64,000 nucleotides of DNA from an uncultured virus (IMG/VR IMGVR_UViG_3300018475_000122) (Duplodnaviria; Heunggongvirae; Uroviricota; Caudoviricetes). Positions 46,762-54,985 of this stretch are shown one piece after another. Location of the stretch: IMG/VR virus record IMGVR_UViG_3300018475_000122, one strand, 5' to 3'. The notes under the pieces were generated by a model. The model had not been told where the DNA came from and ran no database searches. It was given only the letters and a program-made list of their open reading frames with translations. Both the position numbers and the translations under genes were made by a program. Numbering within the stretch: the first letter of the stretch is position 1; each line of letters opens with the position of its first letter.

Positions 46762-47142
46762 TCACACACGGCTGAAGGCGGCGCAGCCAATGATGCGCCC
46801 TTCAGAATTTCGTATGATGTGGTGGGGAATAAGGCAGTCCGTGCGTCCGGCGCTTTTCGCGCTCTGCGCCACAATGCTGGAAACCACGTACCACACGCCC
46901 TTTTCCGGCGCAGGCAGGTCGGTTATCCCAGTAAACTGCGTGGTAAAGGTAGGCACGCCTTCTATGTACTCGGTCACTACGTCCTTGCGGGAACAGCGCG
47001 CCGTCCATGGCGAAGGCATAAGCGTAAGCCTGCTCTTGGCAGAAGGTTTGAGTTTGTACGTTCTCGTGGCGTCGTCCATGTAAATGTCGTCTTTCGAATA
47101 CACAACAATTTCATGGGGTGTGCAGTTCACCACTTTATCCAT
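46762..47142 (-). CDS. Conserved phage protein
   Basis: N.TPHEI, LPAPE.G..YVVS, R.D.L.P, GRIIGC; TGTTATAAG at 47180-47188. Confidence 0.7.
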   Translation of the reverse strand: MDKVVNCTPHEIVVYSKDDIYMDDATRTYKLKPSAKSRLTLMPSPWTARCSRKDVVTEYIEGVPTFTTQFTGITDLPAPEKGVWYVVSSIVAQSAKSAGRTDCLIPHHIIRNSEGRIIGCAAFSRV

Positions 47143-47180
47143 GTGAATTCTCCGGGATTAAAGGTTGTTCTTCTGTCGTC

Positions 47181-47639
47181 TTATAACAAAGGAACATCCA
47201 TTTTCCGTATTGTCACATGGCTTTCGCGTTCAAGCTCTTCCGAAAGAGGGTCTGGGTACCCTTCCCTGTAGTACACGGCTTCCACTTCGCAGTTTATCAG
47301 CATCTTCAGGCATATGGAGCAGGGCCTGTGCGTGCAGTAAATGGTGGCCCCTTTTATGGAAGCGCCGTGCTTGGCACACTGGATGATCACGTTCTGCTCA
47401 GAATGGCAGCCCCGGCAATGCTCGTGCCTCGTGCCGCTGGGCACCTTGTCGCGTGTGCGCACGCAGGTCTCGGGCGTACAGTGCTCCATGCCCGTGGGCA
47501 CGCCGTTGTAGCCCGTGGCAATAATGCGGTTGTCCTTCACGGCCACGGCTCCCACCTTCCTGCGCAGGCAGGTGGAGCGTGAAGCGGCTAACAATGCGGC
47601 CTGCATAAAGTATTCGTCCCAGCTGGGTCTCATGGGCAT
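47181..47639 (-). CDS. dCMP deaminase family protein
   Basis: RPSWDEYFM, RSTCLRRKVGAV, TGYNG, HSEQN, PCSIC. Confidence 0.92.
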   Translation of the reverse strand: MPMRPSWDEYFMQAALLAASRSTCLRRKVGAVAVKDNRIIATGYNGVPTGMEHCTPETCVRTRDKVPSGTRHEHCRGCHSEQNVIIQCAKHGASIKGATIYCTHRPCSICLKMLINCEVEAVYYREGYPDPLSEELERESHVTIRKMDVPLL

Positions 47640-47785
47640 TCTCCTTCTAAATCAGGTTGAATGCCCAAGATTGCCCCTGTGCCGCAAAAAGTTTAGCCGC
47701 CTGCTGTCATGCCGCGCAAAGCCCCGGTAAATAACGAAACGGCTCACATCCAATATTTTTTATCGTCAAAATCGTCGGAGTTTTC

Positions 47786-48016
47786 ATGACACGAGAAGAA
47801 TATCTGGAAGAGTTCGTTCCCAAGTACAGCGTCTGGGCCTCAAAGGCTGGTGTCGCCGATATCAAGGAACCTACCAATGCCCGCGTCCTTCAGGGCTGGG
47901 GCATCGAAAAGCCCCCCCACCATCTGTTCAACTGGCACATGAATCGTACCGATAAGCGCCTCAACGAGCTGGAAGCCCGTGTGAGCTGGCTGGAAGAGCA
48001 GGCGCAGAAGTCATGA
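47786..48016 (+). CDS. Small tail-fibre-related protein
   Basis: GW..EKPP...FNW..N motif seen at fibre N-termini; CAATATTT at 47751. Confidence 0.55.
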   Translation: MTREEYLEEFVPKYSVWASKAGVADIKEPTNARVLQGWGIEKPPHHLFNWHMNRTDKRLNELEARVSWLEEQAQKS

Positions 48017-48393
48017 ACAACAGTGTCAACACTGCCCTGCTTGGCATCGTAGCCGTTCTGGTGGTGGCATGCCTGTACATGCACACCAAAGCACAGGATG
48101 CGCTCAGCCGCGTGGAATCGCTCGAAAGGGTGTGCTCCTCGCTCCAGCAGTCCATGGATTCACTGCTCAAAATATCGGAAGTAACGAAGAACCAGATGCT
48201 GGAATGGAAGGTCAGCCTTGACAATGTCGACAGCAACATCACCGAAACGAAGCGCGCCGCAAAGCAAAGCCTTGCGGCATCCAAAACGGCTGGCAGCTGG
48301 GCTTCTGTGCCTGTCCCTGCTGACGTTATGCGGGTGCTCGCCAAAGGAAGTAACGCGGGTGCAGCTTCTGGAGCCGCCGCAGGTCTTCCTTGA
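48013..48393 (+). CDS. i-spanin (Rz-like)
   Basis: N-terminal TM, coiled coil, WASVPVPADV C-terminus. Confidence 0.75.
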   Translation: MNNSVNTALLGIVAVLVVACLYMHTKAQDALSRVESLERVCSSLQQSMDSLLKISEVTKNQMLEWKVSLDNVDSNITETKRAAKQSLAASKTAGSWASVPVPADVMRVLAKGSNAGAASGAAAGLP

Positions 48394-48541
48394 ACCGCGC
48401 AATGCCCCGCCCCTGTCCTCGGTAAAAACCAATGGCGACCTTATCGAGTACCTCATCGACCTGCAGGGCATCATAAGCGCCCATAACAGCGATAAGAAGG
48501 CCGTGCGTGAATGGCTGCAGGAAGCCAGAAAGGGCAGTTAA
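48224..48541 (+). CDS. o-spanin (Rz1-like lipoprotein) overlapping the i-spanin
   Basis: Lipobox LCGC, Pro-rich segment, TNGDL...N.DK..VREW; start approximate. Confidence 0.75.
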   Translation: MSTATSPKRSAPQSKALRHPKRLAAGLLCLSLLTLCGCSPKEVTRVQLLEPPQVFLEPRNAPPLSSVKTNGDLIEYLIDLQGIISAHNSDKKAVREWLQEARKGS

Positions 48542-48583
48542 TAAAGGCAGAACCTGTGCCCAATATTTTCCATAGGATTTAAT

Positions 48584-48955
48584 ATGCCCATCACTGAAAT
48601 CGGCAAACAGCTGCTGGAAAAGCGGGCGGCAGACTGGGGCAACCTGGTAGGCTCGGCCCTCAACACAGGCCTTGGCACTGGCATTGCCGCTTACGATATA
48701 GCCTCCGGGCAAAGCTCGGTAGGCAAGGCCATCGGCGAAGCCGCCGGCGGCATCGGGGGGTGGGAACTTGGCTCTGCACTGGCAAACAAGTTCATACCTA
48801 AGTCTTTCGGCAACGGCCGGGTTGGGCGTATGGCAAGCGCCGTGCTCCGCAACTTCGCCGTACCGTTCGCGGCATCTGTGGCAGGTTCCAGCGCGGCTGG
48901 AAGCACCCTGCACAAGTTTATGCCCTACCAGCGCAAGCCGCATAACATCAACTAA
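48584..48955 (+). CDS. Glycine-zipper putative virion protein
   Basis: MPITEIGKQLLEKRAA leader; CAATATTT at 48561. Confidence 0.7.
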   Translation: MPITEIGKQLLEKRAADWGNLVGSALNTGLGTGIAAYDIASGQSSVGKAIGEAAGGIGGWELGSALANKFIPKSFGNGRVGRMASAVLRNFAVPFAASVAGSSAAGSTLHKFMPYQRKPHNIN

Positions 48956-48973
48956 TCATTCCTGAGGAATACC

Positions 48974-49585
48974 ATGGATAAATTTGCAGAATACGTGCGT
49001 GATGCCGAAGTTCGCGGCGTGCTTGGCGCCTGCGTTCACAGCGGCATCCTTCCCGAACTCTCCGAAGCCGGTTTCGACAAGCTCGCCTCCGACGTGTGCG
49101 ATAAGCTGGGCGACAATGCCGACTACAGCATCGACGATGTCATGCAGGCCACGGCCGACTGTCTGAACGAAGCCGCAGAAAAGACCGCTTCCGCCCAGCC
49201 CGCCGCTGAAGAAGGCGAAGAAAAGATCGCCTCCGAAGAAGATGTGGACGTGGCCATGCAGCTCGCCCTTGGTGAGCTCTTCATGCAGAAGATCGCCAAC
49301 GAAGTGGACGACGAAGCCTTCATCGCCGGTACCGAAGCTATCCTCAAGGAAGCCGCCGACATGAAGAAGACCTGCAAAAAGGTCGTGAAGGAAGTGAAGA
49401 AGGCCCTCCCCTCCGCCAAGGAAGTGAAGGAATTCATCGTGGACGGCGCCAAGGGCAAGGATATTGCCAAGGCCGTTTCCAAGGGCGATGCCAAGCTCCT
49501 CGCCAAGGCTCTGGGCCGTACCGGTGCCGTGTACGCCGCCCCTTCCGCCGCCCTCGCCGCCGCTGTTGAAAAGCTCGACGACTAA
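48974..49585 (+). CDS. Putative inner-head protein
   Basis: KTAS, KIAS, KIAN, KEAA motifs. Confidence 0.7.
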   Translation: MDKFAEYVRDAEVRGVLGACVHSGILPELSEAGFDKLASDVCDKLGDNADYSIDDVMQATADCLNEAAEKTASAQPAAEEGEEKIASEEDVDVAMQLALGELFMQKIANEVDDEAFIAGTEAILKEAADMKKTCKKVVKEVKKALPSAKEVKEFIVDGAKGKDIAKAVSKGDAKLLAKALGRTGAVYAAPSAALAAAVEKLDD

Positions 49586-49596
49586 AGGAGCACACC

Positions 49597-50085
49597 ATGG
49601 ACTTCGATAATAAGGAACTCTGCCAGAACCTCGGCGAACTCGTCCTGATGAAGGTGGCTGGTGAGCTCGATGCCGAACAGTACGAGGCCTGCACCGAGTA
49701 CATGCTCAAGGAAGCCGCCGTTATTCCAGGTTCAGGTATGCTCGATAATGTGCTCAACTGGGTGAAGAGTCAGGACTGGGGCGGTATTGCTAATGCAGTT
49801 GCCGCTAAAGTCAATCAGGGCATTGAGGCTATTGGTACCGGTACGGGCAAGATTCGGGAAATTACCAGCAACCTTGCCAACTCTAGTGACGACATCAAGA
49901 AGCTTACTGGATACGTGACCGACGCAGGCAAGGCCCTCGGCTTCACGGCTAAGGAAACCGCCCCTGCCCTTACCACCGGCAAGGCTCTCGGCCTCATCGG
50001 TGCCGGCGGCGTCGGTTCTCTTGGCCTCGCCAATTTGCTCTCCGCCGCTGGCAAAGCCAACGCCTACGATCCTTACGAATACTAG
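49597..50085 (+). CDS. Putative inner-head protein
   Basis: LGEL...KVAGE...LKEAA module. Confidence 0.7.
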   Translation: MDFDNKELCQNLGELVLMKVAGELDAEQYEACTEYMLKEAAVIPGSGMLDNVLNWVKSQDWGGIANAVAAKVNQGIEAIGTGTGKIREITSNLANSSDDIKKLTGYVTDAGKALGFTAKETAPALTTGKALGLIGAGGVGSLGLANLLSAAGKANAYDPYEY

Positions 50086-50125
50086 CCCAAAGGCGGGAGG
50101 GTACGCCCTCCCGCTCCCTCATGCC

Positions 50126-50593
50126 ATGCGCGATACTAAAGAAGCTACCATAGCCATCGGCCGCCTCCTCATGCAGAAGCTGGCTGGCGAGATTTCCGAA
50201 GAGGAACTCCACGCCCAGCTCTCTCCGCTCGTCAAAGAAGCGGCGGCTCCCAAGCCTCTTTTCTCCACGCTCAAAAGCTGGATCACCCATCCCATCGCTA
50301 CCGCCAAGAAGAAAATGACGCCCAAGGCCCTGTACACCACGCTCGGTGTAGGCGGACTCGGCATCGTGGGCGGAGGCATACTCGGCAACCGCCGCTACCA
50401 GCAGGGCGTGTTCCAGTCCAAGCCGGGTTCTCAGGCTGTGCCGCTCTCCCAGCAGGGCCTGTACCGCCCCTACCGGCCCGCGGGCACTGTACCCTACGTC
50501 CCGGGCGAAGGCGTGCCCCCTGTGCCTGCCCTTCCCGGCTACTATCCCACCGGCATGATCGACCCACGCATTTCAACCCAAAACATCCAGTAA
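50126..50593 (+). CDS. Putative inner-head protein
   Basis: Start MRDTKE; IGRLLMQKLAGE...VKEAA module, Gly-rich TM segment. Confidence 0.65.
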   Translation: MRDTKEATIAIGRLLMQKLAGEISEEELHAQLSPLVKEAAAPKPLFSTLKSWITHPIATAKKKMTPKALYTTLGVGGLGIVGGGILGNRRYQQGVFQSKPGSQAVPLSQQGLYRPYRPAGTVPYVPGEGVPPVPALPGYYPTGMIDPRISTQNIQ

Positions 50594-50603
50594 CAGGTAC
50601 CGT

Positions 50604-52523
50604 ATGCCTATATCTCCCACAGTACAGGCCTATATGCAGCAGGGTCAGGCTCAGCCCTCCAGCGCGGAGCAGATCTTCAACAAGAGCTTCAGTGATCAGG
50701 CATTCAGTACCCTGAAATCCCGCTTCCCGTCGCTGATGGGCCTTGTCATCACCTTCAAAACCCTCAATTCCGACGTGGAAAAAGGCGACGCCCTCGGCGC
50801 CTTCATCCTTTCCGCCGGCAACAGCATCCACTACGTGCCCGTAGCCATGAGCTCCGGCTCCATCGTTTCGTGCGAAATGCTGTACGACAAGGAAGCCGAC
50901 CAGTTCACCCCCCTCACCGAAGACACGGTGAAGGCCCTGCACGGCGAAGCCAGCTATTCCGAACCCTCCACCGTTTCCGGCAAGGTCTCGGTGGACGACA
51001 CCCGCCAGCTTTTCCGCAACATGGTGCGCCCTCCGGCGTCTTCCAACGTGGTTCTCGCTGGAGACAGTTCCAAGCTGGACGCCCTGCCCAACCGTGCCAA
51101 GCTCGCGGCATCTACCTATTTCACGCAGGAAAATCCCCAGCTCCTCGCCAAAATAGCCGCCTTCTACCCTGTGGCTGTTCTGGCTCAGAAGCTCGCTCAG
51201 GTGGAAGATATCCCCACCGTGTGCGACGCTCCCGAAGTCATCAAGATTTCCGACCTCACCAAGGAAGCCGCCGAACGTCTCAGTGAAGAAGAACGCAAGG
51301 CCATGCTCGACAAGGGCTACGTGGTGCGCGACGCTGGTCAGGAAAACGGCATTTCCGTCCTCCCCATGGACGATGTAGCCGCCTCCGTCACCAGCGAACT
51401 GCATCTGGAAGAATACCCCAGCTGCTGTGTGCCAAAAACGCCTGCCTTCTGTACCCGTGTGCTCACCGTCTCGGAAAAGGGCTTCAAGCTCATTCCTGCC
51501 ATCGTGTCCGACGAAGGCTACATGAGCTGCAACGGTACGTTCTTCCGTCGGCATAACTGCCTTATCGAAGGCAGGGGCGAAAAGGCTTCTGAATCCTGCC
51601 TGCGCGAAGCAGGTCTCTTCTCCGCCGATGAGTTCCGAGGCAAGAGAACAGCCAATGGCCGAGTCTTTGTGTTTGTTCCTGCACGCTCCGGCGGGTGGCT
51701 GCGCTGTGAAGACGCTTCCTTCTACACGGGCAACAAAGGCGTGGACGTACAGAGCGCCGACGGTACTGTCACCATCCGTAACTACACCTGCAAGATCGTA
51801 GCTTCTCCGCTCATAGAATATGGCTCTGCGCGCATGAATAACGTGGTCATCGTGCCGGCCAAGTCGCTCTTCGGCTTCATTCCCGACGAAGAAGTCGAGC
51901 TTCCTACCCTCGTCAGCAGCATGGATGACCTCAGCCGCCTCGTGCGTTCCCTCGGTACTCCCATCCGTGTGGACCGCGACGGCGTGCAGACCTCCATCAC
52001 CGATTTCCGCACCCAGAAGACGGCCTCCTTCGCCTCTGATGCCGACGCCGCCTCCTTCCTCCAGTCTTCCTACGGCCTCAAGGGCGCCCAGATAGGCTCT
52101 GTCCTCTCCGGTCGCCATTCTGTGCTGTACAAACTGGCGGAAGACTACCCCCTGCAGGCTGGCGTGCCCGTCCCTCAGGGCAGCGTCAACCTCCCGGTGG
52201 AGCAGATGCCCATCCAGTTCGATCCTTCCCAGCTTGGCGCCTACGCCGAGTTTGAAGACCCTGAACTCATGGATACCGGCATCCTCGCTTCCTTCGCTAA
52301 CGATCCGGACATCAAGGACCTGCTGGTGGACTACATACCGGACTTCCTCCAGCAGCAGGACAAGATAGGCCGTATCATCCTGCTCTTCAGCATGAACAAG
52401 CGCGACCTCGAAGCCCACTACGGCATCGACAAGCTTGCCGAACTGCTCCTCAACTGCCGTAAGATCTTCAAGTTCCTCGGCAATCTGGTGCAGTCGCTGA
52501 AGCAGTATACGAAGATGGTGTAG
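50604..52523 (+). CDS. Large putative head structural protein
   Basis: 639 aa in the late cluster; several K-x-A motifs. Confidence 0.7.
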   Translation: MPISPTVQAYMQQGQAQPSSAEQIFNKSFSDQAFSTLKSRFPSLMGLVITFKTLNSDVEKGDALGAFILSAGNSIHYVPVAMSSGSIVSCEMLYDKEADQFTPLTEDTVKALHGEASYSEPSTVSGKVSVDDTRQLFRNMVRPPASSNVVLAGDSSKLDALPNRAKLAASTYFTQENPQLLAKIAAFYPVAVLAQKLAQVEDIPTVCDAPEVIKISDLTKEAAERLSEEERKAMLDKGYVVRDAGQENGISVLPMDDVAASVTSELHLEEYPSCCVPKTPAFCTRVLTVSEKGFKLIPAIVSDEGYMSCNGTFFRRHNCLIEGRGEKASESCLREAGLFSADEFRGKRTANGRVFVFVPARSGGWLRCEDASFYTGNKGVDVQSADGTVTIRNYTCKIVASPLIEYGSARMNNVVIVPAKSLFGFIPDEEVELPTLVSSMDDLSRLVRSLGTPIRVDRDGVQTSITDFRTQKTASFASDADAASFLQSSYGLKGAQIGSVLSGRHSVLYKLAEDYPLQAGVPVPQGSVNLPVEQMPIQFDPSQLGAYAEFEDPELMDTGILASFANDPDIKDLLVDYIPDFLQQQDKIGRIILLFSMNKRDLEAHYGIDKLAELLLNCRKIFKFLGNLVQSLKQYTKMV

Positions 52524-52525
52524 CT

Positions 52526-53212
52526 ATGTTCGAACTGGACAAGGCGGCACGCCGGGTAGAGCTCGATGCCAAGCAGCGCCTTGATCCCGAAGGCGGCTAC
52601 ACCCCGGCCATGCGGGCCTACTACGACTTTCTTGTGGAAGGCACCTTTTCCGACCTTGCGGAAAGGGTGCTGTTCACAAGGCTGAGGGAAGACCAGACGC
52701 AGACGAACCTCGTTGAGGCCCTCATCCTCAGCGGGTGCCCTGCTGAAACTGTGGAAGAAACCTTCCGCATACCGGCCAAGGCCTACAGCTGGTACAAAGA
52801 ACTGTTCTTCGATACGGGGCAGTTCCTCACCGAGCTGGACATCATCTCCTACCTCGAAAACTGTCCCAAGGACGAGGGCAAGGAAATGAAGGTGCGGGCC
52901 GTGGACCTCGGGCACGAGTACATCCTGTACACCTACGGGCATGTCACTCCCAACGACACGGCAAGGTCGAAAATGCTGCAGAACCTCTGCGCATCCACGG
53001 CGTACAAGGCCCTTTCCATGAACTACCATGGCATGACGTCGGCGGCGGGCAAGCAGGCAACGGAATACGCCAAGATCATGGTCAAGGTGTTCGATACCCT
53101 CCAGCGTATGCCTTCCGAAAGCAACGTGGGCGAAGACCTGGTACACTACATCACCAAAAACCCCAGCGAAGAAAACTGGAACGATACTATCCAAGACGGA
53201 GACCTGATATAA
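52526..53212 (+). CDS. Hypothetical protein (head cluster)
   Basis: 228 aa, tightly coupled to neighbours. Confidence 0.75.
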   Translation: MFELDKAARRVELDAKQRLDPEGGYTPAMRAYYDFLVEGTFSDLAERVLFTRLREDQTQTNLVEALILSGCPAETVEETFRIPAKAYSWYKELFFDTGQFLTELDIISYLENCPKDEGKEMKVRAVDLGHEYILYTYGHVTPNDTARSKMLQNLCASTAYKALSMNYHGMTSAAGKQATEYAKIMVKVFDTLQRMPSESNVGEDLVHYITKNPSEENWNDTIQDGDLI

Positions 53213-53991
53213 TGCTCATCATGCCAGCCAATGCCAAGAATTTCCAGCAGATGGCAGCTACCATCGCCAACGATTTCTTCACCCGCGGCACTACTCTTGA
53301 AGATGGCATCGTCAAGGCTGCGGAGCAGTTCGAAATGACTCCTGAGGAAGTGAAGCGCCTTGTGGAAAAAACCAATACCGCCGCTTCCATCCAGCTCCTT
53401 CGCAGTGCCGAAAACAAGAAGGACAGCTTCGACCTCGCTAAGTTCGCCAGCGTCATCAGCCGCACGCACAGCACCGAGCCGGAAGCCCCTGCCCAGCAGG
53501 AGCGCTCCTACTCCGGCCTGCCCAATACTCGCGACGCACGCCCCAAGCAGGAAGAAAAGACTGCGTCCGAAGCTCCCGTCAGTTCCGAGGCATCCTTCAG
53601 CGCGGCCAGCCTCTTCGCCTTGCGCCAGCACATCGGCGCTCTCCAGCAGGAAAAGGTAGCAGCCGAACTCGCCGTGCGCGACGGTATCGACTGGCTGCTC
53701 TCCGAGTTCTCCGCCCTCCACGGGCCCGATTTCACCAAGTTCGCGTCCGAGGCTTCCTCCCTGTACGGCACCGCCGCCTCCGTGGTGCTCCCCGGCATGG
53801 CAAGCTACCTCAACGCGCCCGAAGGTGTGGAAAAGCTGGCCGAAGGCACCATCGTGGACGATACCACCCCAGTCATGCGCCGCATGGCTTCCGTGTGCGA
53901 AGGCCTTGCCAAGCTCGCCGGCATCGAAACCAGCATGGCCGAAGCCACCATGGCGGAAAGCTGGCTCACCAAGAAGCTCTACAATCGGTAA
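53212..53991 (+). CDS. Putative head protein
   Basis: 259 aa; EKTAS, EKVAA, EKLAE. Confidence 0.7.
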   Translation: MLIMPANAKNFQQMAATIANDFFTRGTTLEDGIVKAAEQFEMTPEEVKRLVEKTNTAASIQLLRSAENKKDSFDLAKFASVISRTHSTEPEAPAQQERSYSGLPNTRDARPKQEEKTASEAPVSSEASFSAASLFALRQHIGALQQEKVAAELAVRDGIDWLLSEFSALHGPDFTKFASEASSLYGTAASVVLPGMASYLNAPEGVEKLAEGTIVDDTTPVMRRMASVCEGLAKLAGIETSMAEATMAESWLTKKLYNR

Positions 53992-53995
53992 AGCC

Positions 53996-54277
53996 ATGAT
54001 AACCGAAACGGCAAGATTTCTAGTGAAGGAAGCGGCTCAGGGCCCTTCCGGCATCTTCGGCAGCCTGTTCCACTACCCTGCCGTCTTTGCCAACTATGTA
54101 GGCAGCAAGGGTCTTCAGCTCGCCAATCTGGCGGGAAGGGCCGGTTCCTACGCGGTACAGCGCCCCCTGCGCTCGGCGGCAGCCCTTGCCGCGCTCGGCT
54201 ATTACGGCTGGCTCACCCCGCGCAGGTTCGAAAAGGCAAGGAACAACATCAACCCCAGCAAAGAATTTCAGGTGTGA
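53996..54277 (+). CDS. Small putative virion protein
   Basis: MITETARFLVKEAA leader. Confidence 0.7.
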   Translation: MITETARFLVKEAAQGPSGIFGSLFHYPAVFANYVGSKGLQLANLAGRAGSYAVQRPLRSAAALAALGYYGWLTPRRFEKARNNINPSKEFQV

Positions 54278-54280
54278 CCT

Positions 54281-54730
54281 ATGATCTATAATCCCAAAAC
54301 TGGCATCAAGAAGCAGGCCGGAGCCGGTGAGCTTGCCAAGAATCTCATCACCGCAGGTGACACCGCAAAGGCTGTCATGTCCATCGGCGGCCTCCTCTTC
54401 GGCGCTGGCGGCCTTGCCATGAAGCGCATCTTCGATAAGATCAATAACGATACCCGCCGCAAGGCCCTCATCGAAGACCTCGCCAATAACGACCCGCTGC
54501 TCAAGGACATCGACAAGGCCACCGTCATGCAGTGGTACGCTTCCATCTACCGCGTGGCTCCTTCCCTCTCTGTGGACAAGAGCACCGTGCGCGAAGTGCT
54601 GCACACCTTCGCCCGCTTCGGCCGTGTGGATATGCAGACCCTCAAAATGCTGTCTGAAACCGAAAAGAACATTTCCTCGCAGGGTGTGGGCAATTCCTGG
54701 TCCGGCATCCTGACTGGTGCGGTGCGCTGA
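54281..54730 (+). CDS. Putative virion protein
   Basis: KKQAG then a Gly-rich hydrophobic helix. Confidence 0.7.
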   Translation: MIYNPKTGIKKQAGAGELAKNLITAGDTAKAVMSIGGLLFGAGGLAMKRIFDKINNDTRRKALIEDLANNDPLLKDIDKATVMQWYASIYRVAPSLSVDKSTVREVLHTFARFGRVDMQTLKMLSETEKNISSQGVGNSWSGILTGAVR

Positions 54731-54855
54731 TGCCTACTACTCGCGAAGTCCTCGTCAAGCTCGGCATGGCACTGTACCTGCACAGGGGCCTCATCAAGCG
54801 CGCTTCCGAAGCTCGCGATACCCTTGAATACTTCAAGGGCCTCGGCATCCTGTAG
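54730..54855 (+). CDS. 41-aa peptide (not in ORF track)
   Basis: MPTTREVLVKLGMALYLHRGLIKRASEARDTLEYFKGLGIL; start overlaps the upstream stop. Confidence 0.55.
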   Translation: MPTTREVLVKLGMALYLHRGLIKRASEARDTLEYFKGLGIL

Positions 54856-54880
54856 GGGCATCTAAAAAATCATGAAACGA

Positions 54881-54911
54881 AGAAAGGGCGGCCATACGGT
54901 CGCTCTTTTTT
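54881..54911 (+). terminator. Intrinsic terminator
   Basis: GGGCGGCC-ATAC-GGTCGCTC followed by TTTTTT. Confidence 0.7.
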
Positions 54912-54985
54912 CATGGCTGTGCTTCCCCTGCACCGGCGCACAATATTTGTATCATCCACCGAATTCCCCCTAGCAGGACAACATA

